This document shows, one piece after another, positions 29,481 to 42,300 of a stretch of 64,000 nucleotides of DNA. Numbering within the stretch: position 1 is the stretch's first letter; every line of letters begins with the position of its first letter. The translations under genes and the position numbers were made by a program. The notes beneath the pieces were generated by a model. That model saw only the letters and a program-made list of their open reading frames with translations. It searched no databases and was not told the origin of the DNA. Origin of the DNA: Lingula anatina (Eukaryota > Animalia > Brachiopoda); contig CM120642.1 of NCBI GenBank assembly GCA_051362555.1, positions 31,558,001 to 31,622,000 of the forward strand, given 5' to 3'.

Positions 29481-29672
29481 TGATCATCCACAGCTGTGTC
29501 CTCATTAGAAAGATTGTGCCACACTCGTGGGGCGGCTGTCATCGTCACCTGAGCAGCACCTGATGCCACCAATATTCCGCTTGATGTAAAGGCACAGTGC
29601 TGGGCAGTGTCTGTCTCTCCCTGGAATTAATAAAAAAATTAAAACCCATGTCAACTTGCAAGGTCATAACAG

Positions 29673-29708
<36 letters not shown>

Positions 29709-29721
29709 CACACACACACAC

Positions 29722-29756
<35 letters not shown>

Positions 29757-32700
29757 GTGACTGACCTTTGCCATCTAAGAGGTCTCAAATAATAATATTA
29801 ATGTAACAAGTCTCCCTTTTTGTCCTTTCAGTACTGACTCCTCCACAAATAATAACAATAATAATTATTATTATTTTAAAAGTTTTACATTATTTAATGG
29901 TGTACGTACATAAGAATGTTCAAACACATAGGAAAATCAGGAAAAATTATCATTGTAATGTTAAAATTGCATACATACTAAAAACATTCCACTTCTAAAG
30001 TATGAATTTCTCAAATACTCTAAAAGGCAATATGGATATTTAAATGAAGGCTATAAACCATACCATGATACCTCACCTCTAAAACCTTATCACAGTGTCC
30101 AGTCACCACGTCCCAAATTCTGACCGTCTCATCATCAGCCACGCTGGCCAGGTAGCAACTGTCAGGTGAGAAGATGACCGCCTGGACCCAACCACTGTGA
30201 CCCTCCAGCACATGGAACAATTTGCCAGTTTTGGGGTTCCACAAGCGGATGGTTTTGTCCCAAGAGCAGGAGGCCTGTTTGGGGTGAAGTAGACAGTGAG
30301 AGGAGTGATTGGTACTAGTAAGTTAATACTTCAGATATACTCACTGTCTTTGTGTGTGTGTGTTCACAATGAAACTATTGTATACTATGTAGATTGACCC
30401 AACCCTACAGGGACTCTTGCTGAATGCAATCAGAGTAACAGAATGACACGTCTCATTGAGCAGCTTGGGGGTATTATCTTATGTGTTCGCTCAGCTTCTG
30501 GACGATTTTTTGATTTTATTTGACTGCACACAAAAGTTAATCACCCCCTATTTACTCAAGGTGAGAGCTGACATATACACCTTACAGAGGAGAGTGTTTT
30601 ACACGATTCATGGAGCATGTACAAAAGAAGCATAGAAAAATATATACTGTATGAAGATACAGGGCCCAGATACTACCACATGTACATACCAGCATTCCTT
30701 CCCGGGAGAAAGCCACTCCATGTATATTGCCTTTGTGTCCCGTGAGCACTGTGACTTCATCTGAGCCGTCCATACTCTGCAGTGTCCACAGTCTTACTGT
30801 GTGGTCCCATGAACCTGTAGCCTAGAGTGAAAGATAACACACTGATACATGGGTTCTATATACTCTGTAGTGTCCATAGTCTTACTGTGTGGTCCCATGA
30901 ACCTGTAGCCTAGAGAGAAAGATAACACACTGATACATGGGTTCTATATACTCTGTAGTGTCCATAGTCTTACTGTGTGGTCCCATGAACCTGTAGCCTA
31001 GAGAGAAAGATAACACACTGATCCATGAGTTCTATATACTCTGTAGTGTCCATAGTCTTAGAGATCCTTCAGAAGCAGTTAGGCCAGCTTGGGTTGTGTG
31101 ACCTAATTTCACGGGGACCCTTGTTGACTGCAATCAGATTAACAAACTTACAAGCCTCCTTTTGTTTCCAACATACTTGTATAATTACCAGCTTCTCAGT
31201 ATTCTAATTCCATACAGCATGGAATTAGTGTGTAAAAGCTATTGCAACCAAATTCATTCTTTAAAAAAAAAAAAAAAAAATGGAATGCTGAAGCTGGTAT
31301 TATAATTACCTCAACTTACTTCAAAGCACTAGTAAACAGACTTACCAGCCACTCTCCTTTATATGATATGGCAACTGATTGCACTAAGTTTTCATGTCCT
31401 TCAAATATGCGTAATGGAAACCCTTTCTGAAAGACAAAATAAACTGAATCATATGAAAATAACAAAGGGTAAAAAAATAATCATCATACTAAATAAATAA
31501 ACACATTTTAAGCAGTATTTGTGGCCAAAATAAAATCTGTTTTCTTTTTCTTTGGGAAAAATAAATATTTTGTGTTTGGTAAGCTCTTTTAAGCTTTTCA
31601 ACCCTATAATTTTGAAACAAAATTGAACAAGCATTCAGTATGTTGTTGTTATAGTGTATTCAAATACCGTTTCTTACTTGACACCAGTCTATATTTCATA
31701 TATTTAAAAAATCAAATATCAGATTCTGAAAGATAGAAATTTACATATTTTATATACTAATACATGTACCACAGACACAGGAGGCACAAACTGTCTCCCC
31801 CTCCCCCCCCCCTCCTTTGAAATTACACAGCTTCCCTAAAACAGCTTTTTAATATGCAGACATGCACTGATGTACAAATCTTGTGCTTATCTGTATCCAG
31901 TATCTCTCAACCCCCCCCCCCCCCCAGGAACCCAATAAACTCCTGCTACTACACACTCTACCTCCACATCCCACAACATGGCAGTTCTGTCCCAGGAGCC
32001 AGATGCCAGGGTTTTCACATCAAATGAGAAGATTATACACTCCACACTCTTTGTATGTCCTGAAAATATCAATCAGTGGTGTCATTAGGGGGAACACAAG
32101 CTTCTAAATTAGATTTTAAAAATTTTTGATCATTTTTATTTTGCTTAGTGGAAGTCTGTGTTCTCAGAGTGCTCTCCAATCAGCATAATTACTCATTTAA
32201 TTTGAACAAAATAAATAAATCTCCCCTCCACAAAGTAATGCTTTGATAGTAATACCATGCTGATTCAGTAATTTTGGAATATTACTTGCCTTTGAGCTAA
32301 AAAGTACATTTTTATGACTAACAAATAATAAATCTAGAAGAGTAAGAGTGAGTAAATAAGTCAGGCATTCCAAAATTTTAAGGAAATACTGTATACAACT
32401 CTTTTACCTTGTAAGACGTGAAGCAGAACCGCATCTCTTGTTCTCCAGATCCTGATGGTCTTATCATAGGAGGCACTGGCAAAGCACTTGCTGTTTGAAG
32501 CTACAGCAACGGATTTCACTGCACCTAATAAAATAAAAAGGTTTGGTGAACAACTGCTTAGAAAGAAAAAAAAAAGACAATAAGTTACTTTCTTAGATGA
32601 AAATAGCAATAATGAAGAGCAAAGCTTTTAAACCACGTTCCTGAGTACTGTCAATAAGTACAATTCAGATAATGAAAGATTTTACAAGACAAAGGGCTGA

Positions 32701-33636
32701 TTCCCAATGAAATTATTGTTCTACATAGATCGTTCCAACTCTGCGGGGGCTTCTCCTGAATGCAATCTGATTAACAGATTTAGACTCTCCCTCTTGGCAA
32801 AGAATAGAATATGGAAAAAAATTGTGATTACATGAGTAAGCTGGAAACAAGGGGAGGTGCACGTGGTTTAAAATCTGTTAATCTGATTGCATTCAGCGAG
32901 AGTCACTTTGGAGATGGATCAATCTAGGTAGAAGGGCAGTATAATTAGAAATGAGCCCATAGATATAACTGATGCTGACTTATGGAGTATTTAAGTACAG
33001 TATAAAATGGCCTGAGTTACACATCAATGCTATTTAAAAAAGGCCACTGAACCTGTATGCCCCTTTAATTTGCACACCAGTTTCCCAGTCTGGACATTAA
33101 ACACTCGGACTCTGTGGTCATCACATCCTGTCACCATCATCTCAAAGTCTGTGGAAAAGGCAACAGTATTGACCTGAGGAAGACACATCCCGGGTATAGT
33201 CTGATTAGTTAACAACATATATGTGTGACACTGTTAAAGATACAAATAAACTGGATTTTTACATTTGACTTGATTACTTGAGAAAACAACTATTTTGATA
33301 AAGATAATATAAAATGTATTAAGTGAGGAAGCTATAAGTAAACTTGGGATTATTTGGTTACTTGAGCATATTATTTTCAACAAGACTCTTCAATATTAAA
33401 AAAAGCTTCAAAATTAAGTGCTAACAATGTCTCCATAGTCCAAAATTGGGGCACTTCTTTAGCAAATTCAGGGCAGTTAAGGAGATAAGTCCAACCCTAC
33501 AAGTGTCTGCATAAAGGTAAGATTTTCAAAATACTTTTACTTGGTTAATTTTTTTTTTATTTTTACACACCTCGTCTTTGTGACCGCTGAACTTCTTCAC
33601 GTCCAGGTAGTGAAATTCCTCGACGTTTGGAAACAT
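29447..33636 (-). CDS. WDR38: WD40-repeat protein 38-like, 328 aa, 8 coding exons
   Basis: Exons (minus strand) 33636-33571, 33173-33053, 32524-32408, 32059-31962, 31426-31346, 30821-30690, 30274-30077, 29620-29447; all GT-AG and phase-consistent (987 nt). Seven GH...WD repeats; the N-terminal VKKFSGHKDEVNTVAFS and C-terminal GETDTAQHCAFTSSGILVASGAA parallel WDR38 as I recall it. Confidence 0.88.
30772..31060. repeat. 88-bp tandem repeat (~3.3 copies) spanning the WDR38 exon 6 acceptor
   Basis: Units start at 30772, 30860, 30948 and 31036 (partial); each full unit contains CTAG|GCTACAGGTTCATGGGAC on the minus strand. Confidence 0.95.
32694..32958. mobile_element. Fold-back MITE with ~90 bp imperfect TIRs and GGGC...GCCC termini (PIF/Harbinger/Tourist-like)
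   Basis: Left arm GGGCTGATTCCCAAT...TTCTACATAGATCG...CTGAATGCAATCTGATTAACAGATTT is the reverse complement of the right arm AAATCTGTTAATCTGATTGCATTCAG...CAATCTAGGTAGAA...ATTAGAAATGAGCCC. Partial relatives at ~27494-27541, ~30383-30441, ~31097-31149 and ~40405-40463. Confidence 0.75.
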
Positions 33637-34456
33637 TTTCTTTGAAATGAATCCTGACAATACTACGAATGATTTTTGTAGATTTCCATTTTTATAGTTG
33701 AAAAAGACAATTCACCGGACAACGTCACATTTTCAGTCATGTAAATCGTTCACGGCTTCGTTGACAACCACCCTCCTGCAGTCGTCCTTGACCTTTCTTG
33801 ACCCAATTTTTTATTTTAACCAATCATTGAACTTGTAAACATTCAGACCTTTCGAGTGGACATCATCTGACAGGCAAAAAGAAGTTTCGCCACCGATACG
33901 TAATTTACGGTATGTCCAGTATGTGTGCTGAAACACAAAAACAAAATCCGGAAAGTTCAAGCTGTCATTTGTTATCAACATGTTACTGAGACCGTTTGAA
34001 GCTAGGTGAATGTTCCCTGCTGACCTTTTAGTGGACTTGTACCAGTACAGGTACACTGGTACAGAAGGCCTACGTGGTGCACTTGGTTTGTGTGTACATG
34101 TGAAAGTGTACGTAGTCTGATGTGTACATGTAGCTCCTTCAGGTAGTACCTGTGCATGTGTAGGTGCACTGTGAAGGTAATAGTAGCACCATTTTTTTTT
34201 TTTTTTTTTTTTTTTTTGCGTTAGCACTACTATTTATGGTTCATGTACTTATGTGCTGTTTGTAAGCACGTAATATGGGCATGTGGTACAGGTACATATC
34301 AAAGACCGTGAAAACGTAGTAGGCATGAGACTTTGTGCCAAATAATATTAACAGAAGCATTCTCTCTGCCCGCTCCCTTTTCTTTTCTCAGTTGTGGGGA
34401 GTCGAACTATACAGGACCCACATGTACAGTGTATGTTCTGCATTGCTTACTTATTT

Positions 34457-34459
<3 letters not shown>

Positions 34460-34518
<59 letters not shown>
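34460..34518. repeat. (AT)n microsatellite
   Basis: Direct reading. Confidence 0.97.
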
Positions 34519-34523
<5 letters not shown>

Positions 34524-34858
34524 TTTCTTTTTCAGTAAAAAGAAAATCAAAACAAGCATGTGAATGCCTTAGCCAGAAATGAAGAATATGGGCAAGAGAA
34601 ATACCACTACAATCACCCATGGTAAAACTTCTGATGAAATTTTATCTATAACAGTATGAACAATTACATGTATCTACATTATTCCAAACCTAGTAGAACA
34701 ATGCTGATATGAAATTTTGTATTCTAAAAGATGATATTTATTTCTGCTTTTGAAAGCTGCAATTTCTTTGTACAAGTAATATTTTGACCAGCAGTTGAAA
34801 AAAAAAAAAAAGAAAAAACAAACTAAAGAAGCTTCCTTGGTGTTTTTCATTTGAAAAG

Positions 34859-36247
34859 ATGGCAAAATTGTCTGCTGAAAATCTCACTTGTACAAATGAA
34901 ATTCAACTGTCTCTTAATGATAAGGGATGTGATGGTGCTAGTATGGATGACATTTTAAAAGATGATGATGATGATGACTGTGAAGACAACTTAAGATCAA
35001 CTCCGAGGCAAGTAGAAGAAGTTTCTCTACTTACTGGCATCGGTGTTCAGCATTTACAACAAATGGATGGCAATACTATGGAAAGTGAACCATCTTCCGG
35101 TGTGATTATATTACTTGGTGCTAACAGCAAGCCAGACTTGCTGACAGAAAATGTAACGCATTTACCAATGGTTCAAATTGTGGATGAAAATGGCAAAGAA
35201 GTTGGCGAGGGCCCTTCAGATCCCTTGATCACATCAGACGTGGAATGTGAAGAAGCTGTCACTGAAGAAGACGCAAAAGCTGTCCCTCCGTTTCCTGGCT
35301 TTGGCATTCTGTTGGGGGTCATATCGAGTGTGTTTTTTTCTCTAAGTTCAGCTTTCGTTAAATGGGTCAAGGATGTCCATGTCTTTGAGATAATAGTGTT
35401 TCGACAACTTGAAATCACTCTCTTTATCACACCATTGGTTATATACAACAAACAGCCATTCTTTGGTGTAAAAGGGCAGAAGTTTGGTTTATGGCTAAGA
35501 GGACTTTTTGGAACAACCGCAATATGTCTAAGCTACCTTGCCTACAAAAATATGCCAGTAGGGGACGCCACTGTGATCATAAAGAGCACGCCAGTCTTTG
35601 TAGGGATTATCAGCTGCGTGTTTCTGAAGGAACGTTTCCGTGTGTTTGAAGTGATAGTAACCATCACTGTAATTGGTGGCTGCATTCTTGTTATACAACC
35701 TCCGTTTATATTTGGACAGTTGATTGAAAAAAGTTCTGAAGTATCTCAGCAGCATTTTTTGGGTGCTCTACTAGCTCTTGGAGGCACGTTAAGTACTTCC
35801 ATAACCTTTGTTATTGTCCGTAAGATTTCTCATGTTCATTATACCACCATTATATTTTGCTTTGGTGTGTGGGGAATGATCCAGTCATTTATTTCACTTT
35901 TAGCTGTTCAGGGCTTAAAAGACCCGCCTACAGGGTTGCCTAGAATTTTTATCGTGTTAATTGGCGTCTTTTCATTCTTGGGTCAAATTTTTTTCACCAA
36001 TGCCATGAAGTATGAAAATGCTGGCCCCATTAGCGTGACAAGGGCCTCGGAGGTGGTACTGGCATATTTATGGCAGTATGTGTTCTTCAGTGAAATCCCC
36101 ACGTTGTATTGTATCGCTGGAGCCACCCTGGTGACAGTTAGTGTGGCATTCATTGGTATCAAGAAATGGGTGCATGCTATTAAGGAAAAACCAAATCCTC
36201 CAAAACATGTAGCCATGAAGTGCCTTAGCAAGCTTGTAGATTTATGA
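34859..36247 (+). CDS. SLC35G1: Solute carrier family 35 member G1-like (EamA/DMT transporter), 462 aa, intronless CDS
   Basis: Acidic ~145-aa N-terminal tail followed by ~10 hydrophobic segments in two EamA repeats; motifs LRGLFGTTAICLSYLAYKNMPVGDATVI, PVFVGIISCVFLKE and GQIFFTNAMKYENAGPISVTRASEVVLAYLWQ. Confidence 0.88.
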   Translation: MAKLSAENLTCTNEIQLSLNDKGCDGASMDDILKDDDDDDCEDNLRSTPRQVEEVSLLTGIGVQHLQQMDGNTMESEPSSGVIILLGANSKPDLLTENVTHLPMVQIVDENGKEVGEGPSDPLITSDVECEEAVTEEDAKAVPPFPGFGILLGVISSVFFSLSSAFVKWVKDVHVFEIIVFRQLEITLFITPLVIYNKQPFFGVKGQKFGLWLRGLFGTTAICLSYLAYKNMPVGDATVIIKSTPVFVGIISCVFLKERFRVFEVIVTITVIGGCILVIQPPFIFGQLIEKSSEVSQQHFLGALLALGGTLSTSITFVIVRKISHVHYTTIIFCFGVWGMIQSFISLLAVQGLKDPPTGLPRIFIVLIGVFSFLGQIFFTNAMKYENAGPISVTRASEVVLAYLWQYVFFSEIPTLYCIAGATLVTVSVAFIGIKKWVHAIKEKPNPPKHVAMKCLSKLVDL

Positions 36248-38907
36248 GAGGCATCCATGTCAGTAAGAAGTTATATGTAAGAGAGAAATAATCAGACATG
36301 GGGAAAACTATGGAGGTACTGAAGGTCCAGAAGACCTGCACTACAAGAAATCTGCAGGTCCCCTCAATTCTGTGTTGGTCTAGACTAAATATTTTATTTC
36401 CTTTGGTGTATGTTAACATGTGATTTATTATTATGTTATTGTATTTGCACATAAACCTAGCAGGTCCTGTAGCATTTCAGGCATTCATGAATTGATGGAC
36501 AAGCAGTTTCCCCATGTCTGAAGTATTCTCTGGATATTTTCCCTTATCCTATTTACTCAGTGAAAAAATCTGTAGTTCTAAGAGCACAATTAAGGTACAT
36601 GATGAGTCAAGAGATAGTTAATTAAGCATTTTCAATTGCTGATTAGAAATGATCAACACAATTTGTTTTTTTTTTTACACCAGCATACTGTTAATACTTT
36701 TCATTATGTCCTAAAATCCATCTATGTTATGTTTTATTTTTACATATAGCCACAGTACATTTTTACAGTAGTTTTGAAATATAAGGCATTTATACAGCCT
36801 TACTAAGGCAGGAGTTTGGGTGGGTGGGTTGGGGCTGAGGGGGTGTTTGCCAAGGGAAGACGAGGCTATGACTACTGGGCATAGCCTCATACCCCATCAA
36901 GATGGACCCTCTGCCATGCTAATATTAACTTGTGATTGTATTTTAGTTTTCACTTATATTTCATGGCTAATGTAAAAGTGAACTGTGACTTTGACCTGGC
37001 CACTTAACGGTTAAATTTGTTGACTATTACTTTTTATTTTTGTACTCTTTTTTTTTTGTTGGATAATGTTCTGTTATTAAAAATGACATTTTAAATTATA
37101 TTGTTTTCATTTGAAGTATAGAGTGGTTATGTACATTTTATGTGGTATTTACACATTTATTGTAATTTTAATACCTCTAGATTTAAAGCAGCATCTAAAA
37201 AATAATTTTAAAGAAAGAGAAATTATATCTTTAGGATTGTTTATGTTTAAGTAAAATTAAAATATTTAATGTCAAATTATTTCGCATAATTGATTTTATA
37301 CTGCACATTGCTTTTAATGAAAGGTGATTCTTTTTGTAAGGAATGTTTGAAATATTGACCTAAAGGATTGTGAATATTATAATTGTTTTTCATATATATT
37401 ATAATGGATGATTGGATTAGTATTACAGTTGAACTATAAACTCAAATATTCTTGTGTCTTTTTCTCTTTTATTTACCAACAGGATAAAGTATTTATAGCC
37501 TAACTCGGTACAGCAATGACAACATGGTTGGCAATGTAAAAAATAAAACTGTACATGATCCAATGAATTCAAGATTTTTTACAGTGTAATAAGTCTAAAA
37601 AAGGGGAAAAACAATCAAAACTCATAAAAGTGGATCCTGGGGATTTACAAACAATAAACAAGATCCAGATTTAAGATAAATAACAAGCATTTCAAGCTTA
37701 CTTTTTAAAAAATCTACTCTGATAACCATAACAAAATCTATCAATACATGTGACCAGTCGTGCTGTATAAGTTCAACCAGACACATGTAAATAATTTTGA
37801 AGTTTCAATTGTTGCACAGAAGCTTATCTATTCAAATTTATCTATTCTCCAGATAACATGACTAAAAGGAAAAGTAGTTAATATTAAACATAATACATCA
37901 ATACTGACTTTGAATTCTTAAAAATCACTTGAAGTGTGTAATATCAGATGTCACTAATGCTGTTACTTCATAAACTTATGAACATTCAATTTTTCATAGA
38001 AATCTCACTGCTTTGACTGGTTCTAACGTGTAATTTTGATTTATGTGTGTATGTGTGTGTGTGTGTGTTTTTTTTTTTTTTGGTTCCTTTTCGCAAGTTT
38101 GCTTTCTACAGTGTGAACCAATCGAAATTAATTTTGTTAACTGGCCTTGTGGAGCGAAGGGTTCCATTTACTGGAGGACCTAATACCCATGTTATTAAGT
38201 TATTAATCTCTGGAAAGGTTGCGATAAAGGTAAGTATGCTGCACAGTGAAATAAAAAGGGCCTAGCTGCAAGGGACATAACTAAAACATTAGCATATATA
38301 AATCCGCAGATAGGATTTGGATGATGTTTTCACTTTGTTCTTCAACAGCTCGAGATTCTCAAATGGTTCCCAACAGAAATTCAGCAAATTGTCTTGATAT
38401 TATGAAAAATCCCTTCTTATGTCTAGACAACAGTTACAGTGCTTTTCAGAAACTTGTTACTTAATTGTACTTCTGCCATAATTATCAACACACTAAACAA
38501 CATCAATGCCTTTTCCTAACATAGCTTGATCATCTGTAATAGATAAAATACAATACTTTTTCAAAGACTACTAATAGCCCTAAAATCTTGAAGAATTCGT
38601 ACTAATAACTGAAATCTGGTTTCATCAAATGCTGTGACATGTGATCAAATGTATTGCCTGATTTTAACCCTTTCTAAATTGACTCGTTTAGTCTGAGTTT
38701 AAACCTTCTGACCAAGTTCCAGCCAAGTTTAAATGATCCCATTTTACATTCAGAAGCTACATCCATTAAAAAAAAAAAAACAGTGGGGTAATATCAACCA
38801 TAACCAGCTTTGGACCAAAGCCACGCATTTTTCACCGGCATATTATACTGAGATGTGCCACAGTATTTATTATAATTAATAAAATGTTTTATGGTACAAT
38901 CACTGTA

Positions 38908-39077
38908 CAGGCCTGTAGCCAGCAATTTCAAAAGGGGTGTGTGTGTGTGTAATAGTAGACCTTTTACTATGAAACTTATGTATACCTTCTACTAGTAGTA
39001 GATCAATTTTTACCCAGAGTGCACATTTTGCCTGGCAGAAAGGGCAGTTCGTTCGAACACCCCAGGCTACGGGCCTG
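38908..39077. mobile_element. 170-bp hAT-like MITE with 13-bp TIRs and a 5-bp target-site duplication
   Basis: TIRs CAGGCCTGTAGCC / GGCTACGGGCCTG (12/13 match), flanked on both sides by CTGTA. Confidence 0.8.
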
Positions 39078-39316
39078 CTGTAAATAAGCATTTATTCACT
39101 GGTATAACTAATGCCCTTTTCAGACTGGTTCCATACTAATACAGTATGTAGAAGACAAAGTCAAACTGAGAATTGTTCCAGACCTAATATCAGTGATCTT
39201 CCTGACTTTCTGACCAGTCTGAATGTACTTTAAGGCACCACAAAGTCCCTTGCATATTCATAAATACAGAACCAAGACGATACCACTTGAGCTGTTTTTA
39301 TCTCTTCACTCCTGTC

Positions 39317-42300
39317 TTAGAATCTTATTTTCCCACCGCATATGTCATTGTAACTTTGTTTACTCAGAGGTGTAAACTCTCCAATTTTAGAATCCAGATA
39401 AAACATTTTGTCACCAGTCAAAGCAGGGTTAAAGCCCACTTTCTTTAATTCTGTTTTCTTTAATTTAAAAGTACCTACAAGAGAAAAAATAACACTTTAC
39501 ACAGACATGTTCAAACATATTTGGCAAAAATTCTAATCTATTTGTTTACATTTGAAGTAAACTCAATATCTAGACTGAATATTCATTTTTCTTAAAATTA
39601 TTTTTCATTACTTTTTATTCACAGTAAATTATATCAAATGTCCAATTTATTGGTCTGTTTTAATAACACTGTTTTCAAATTATGAATACTATTCTTACTT
39701 AACCAACAATAATATGAAACCAAGAAAGCAGAAAAATTTGCACTTAACAAAAACATGACAATAAACTACAGATGGAAAGAACAGGCTTTTCCAAATATTT
39801 ATCTACTACTTACCTGTGGTGTCTACCTCTTCCATTAACCTTATAAAGATTGGCCTAGCATATGGAGGCAGAGATTTCTGGAGATCTCGCTGGAGTGCCT
39901 TCAAGTTAACTGTATGATGTTTATCCACAATGGCTGCCATGCCTGCTCGGCCCTCCATACCTTAATAAAAGGTTAAAAAATGCAGAAAATACTTATTTGT
40001 GGACAAACAGATTAGACCACTGATGAGATGAGATTAAGTATTTAGATGCACACTTTATAAGAACATACATTTTGTGTGAATTTTGCTGACCAATTAATAA
40101 TTAAATCACATCAAACTATGGGTCTTTAGATGTTCTTCTCAGATCCAATATCATTTCTACTGAAATTTTAAATGTTTTTAATTTTTTCAAATAGTGCATG
40201 TTTTCAGGTTCACAGTTGTTCTGCTGTTGACATCTTTTCCTCATCACACACCAAACTCTCACAGCAGAGTCTCAATCTTTCAAATGGGGAAAAAATTGTG
40301 AATATTACAGATAATGTCTTTTTGTCTGTCCATTTAGTGGCAGCAACAAATTTTTTCCCAAATGTAAAGATCTGAGTCAAAAGGACCATTCCTAGACCCA
40401 ATCGTACTAACTTTAGATCGAATTATCTCAGAGGGGGCTTCTCGCTAAATTGCAATCGACTTAAAAATATCTGAGTCATTGCTGTCACTAACCTGGGATC
40501 TCCACTCCATACACTGCTGCATCCTTAAGTTTGATTATATTACTGATAACTGCCTCGACCTCTGCGGTGGAAACATTCTCCCCTTTCCAGCGGAATGTGT
40601 CACCTGTGCGATCCCTGAAGTAGAGATAGCCGAACTGGTCCATCACCAAGACATCACCTGGAGAGAGAAAAATATTGACCACCTGATTAGAAAATATCTA
40701 CATAATTTAACATGAGGCACAAGTCTTTACTAACCAGAGTATGCAAACTTTCATAAATAAACATGTGAATATTCTAATAACTAGTAACTGTGTTGTTTTC
40801 ATCTTTTTCTTGAGACTGTCACAATTACCCTTTTTCGCAACAAAGACAAATATTTTTTCTTACAAATTTAAAATATTTGCATATCTTTTTAAGAATCCAA
40901 CCAAAATTTCTGAGTCAACTAATTATCATCCTTTTCTAGCACAATTCTTGAATTATTAATGTGTGGTTTGTCATATTTTAATACAATTTACAAGAAAAAT
41001 GCTGGCTTGGATTTTTTCATAAAAATCTCAGCTATAAAACTTCAGGGGTCCTAGGAATAGACAGATATATCTAATACTCACCAGTCAAAAATGCCATATC
41101 ACCCTTTGAAAAGACATCACGAGCAACTTTCTTCTCTGTGGCAGACTGGTTTGAGTAGCCGTCAAACTCTCGGATGATATCCCCCTTGATGATTTTACCC
41201 ACCAGTTCACCAGGTTCCCCTGAATCAAAAAATGAATATTATTTGGGAGCTTAATAGTGAAAATGATTCATTGTTAAAAAAAACTATAGTATAGCAAAAT
41301 TAATCAAACAAATTCCAGATCTTATTTTAGCAAAAGAAGTAGAAAAAGAAGAAAATAGAAAAAAGGTGTGTTCATTATTCTCATGAAGACACCTGTGCCT
41401 ACCTGGCTGACAGTGAACACACAGCCCATTCCTTCCCCTGACACCTGTGCCTACCTGGCTGACAGTGAACACAAAGCTCATTCCTTCCCCTGACACCTGT
41501 ACCTACCTGGCTGACAGTGAACACACAGCCCATTCCTTCCCCTGACAGGCTCTCCAGTTTCCTTGTCCACCTTGATCAGGGTGACAGGATACAGGGCGGG
41601 GGCTATTCTGGTCGTGAACCCCACCGCACCCATCTTACCCTCCATATTTACTGAAAAATAACAACATTACATTAAGGAAAGTGGTATAGCAAGGACGGGC
41701 AGATTCTTTGTGAAACTAAACTCCCCTTATTAACCTGCATGTTTGCGAAAAAACATACTTATAATAATTTGAACACAGAAGGTCTCAGAGAGGGGATAAG
41801 TCTTGTGAATATTTTGAGTCACTCACTCTATTGTCCCTTGTTTCAAAAATGGAATGGAAAAATATGAAGCTTTAAACAAAGGACTGTTAGCTACTGCATT
41901 CTAACAATAAATACAAGACTTTTATTACAATATATTCAAGGCCGATAACAATAAGGTAAAACAAAACCACTGTTTGATACTGAGTAGTAGATGCCTATTA
42001 TTTTTCAAATAACATCTTGATGCAAACAGCCTGTACAAAGAGGGCCACAAATCAAACTTTATCACTCATTTTTATAGGTAACAATGTTACTCACAGACAT
42101 TGGCATTGCCCTCTGTAGCACCATAAAACTCCCCAATCTTTTTCACCCCAAATCTACTGACGAACTGCTCCCATATCTGTGGCCTCAGTCCATTCCCATA
42201 GGCCAGCCTCACCTGGTGCTGGGTCTCCGTGGGACGGAATGGCTGAGCTAAAAGGTACCTACAGATCTCTCCTATATATTGAATTACCTAGTAAAAAATG

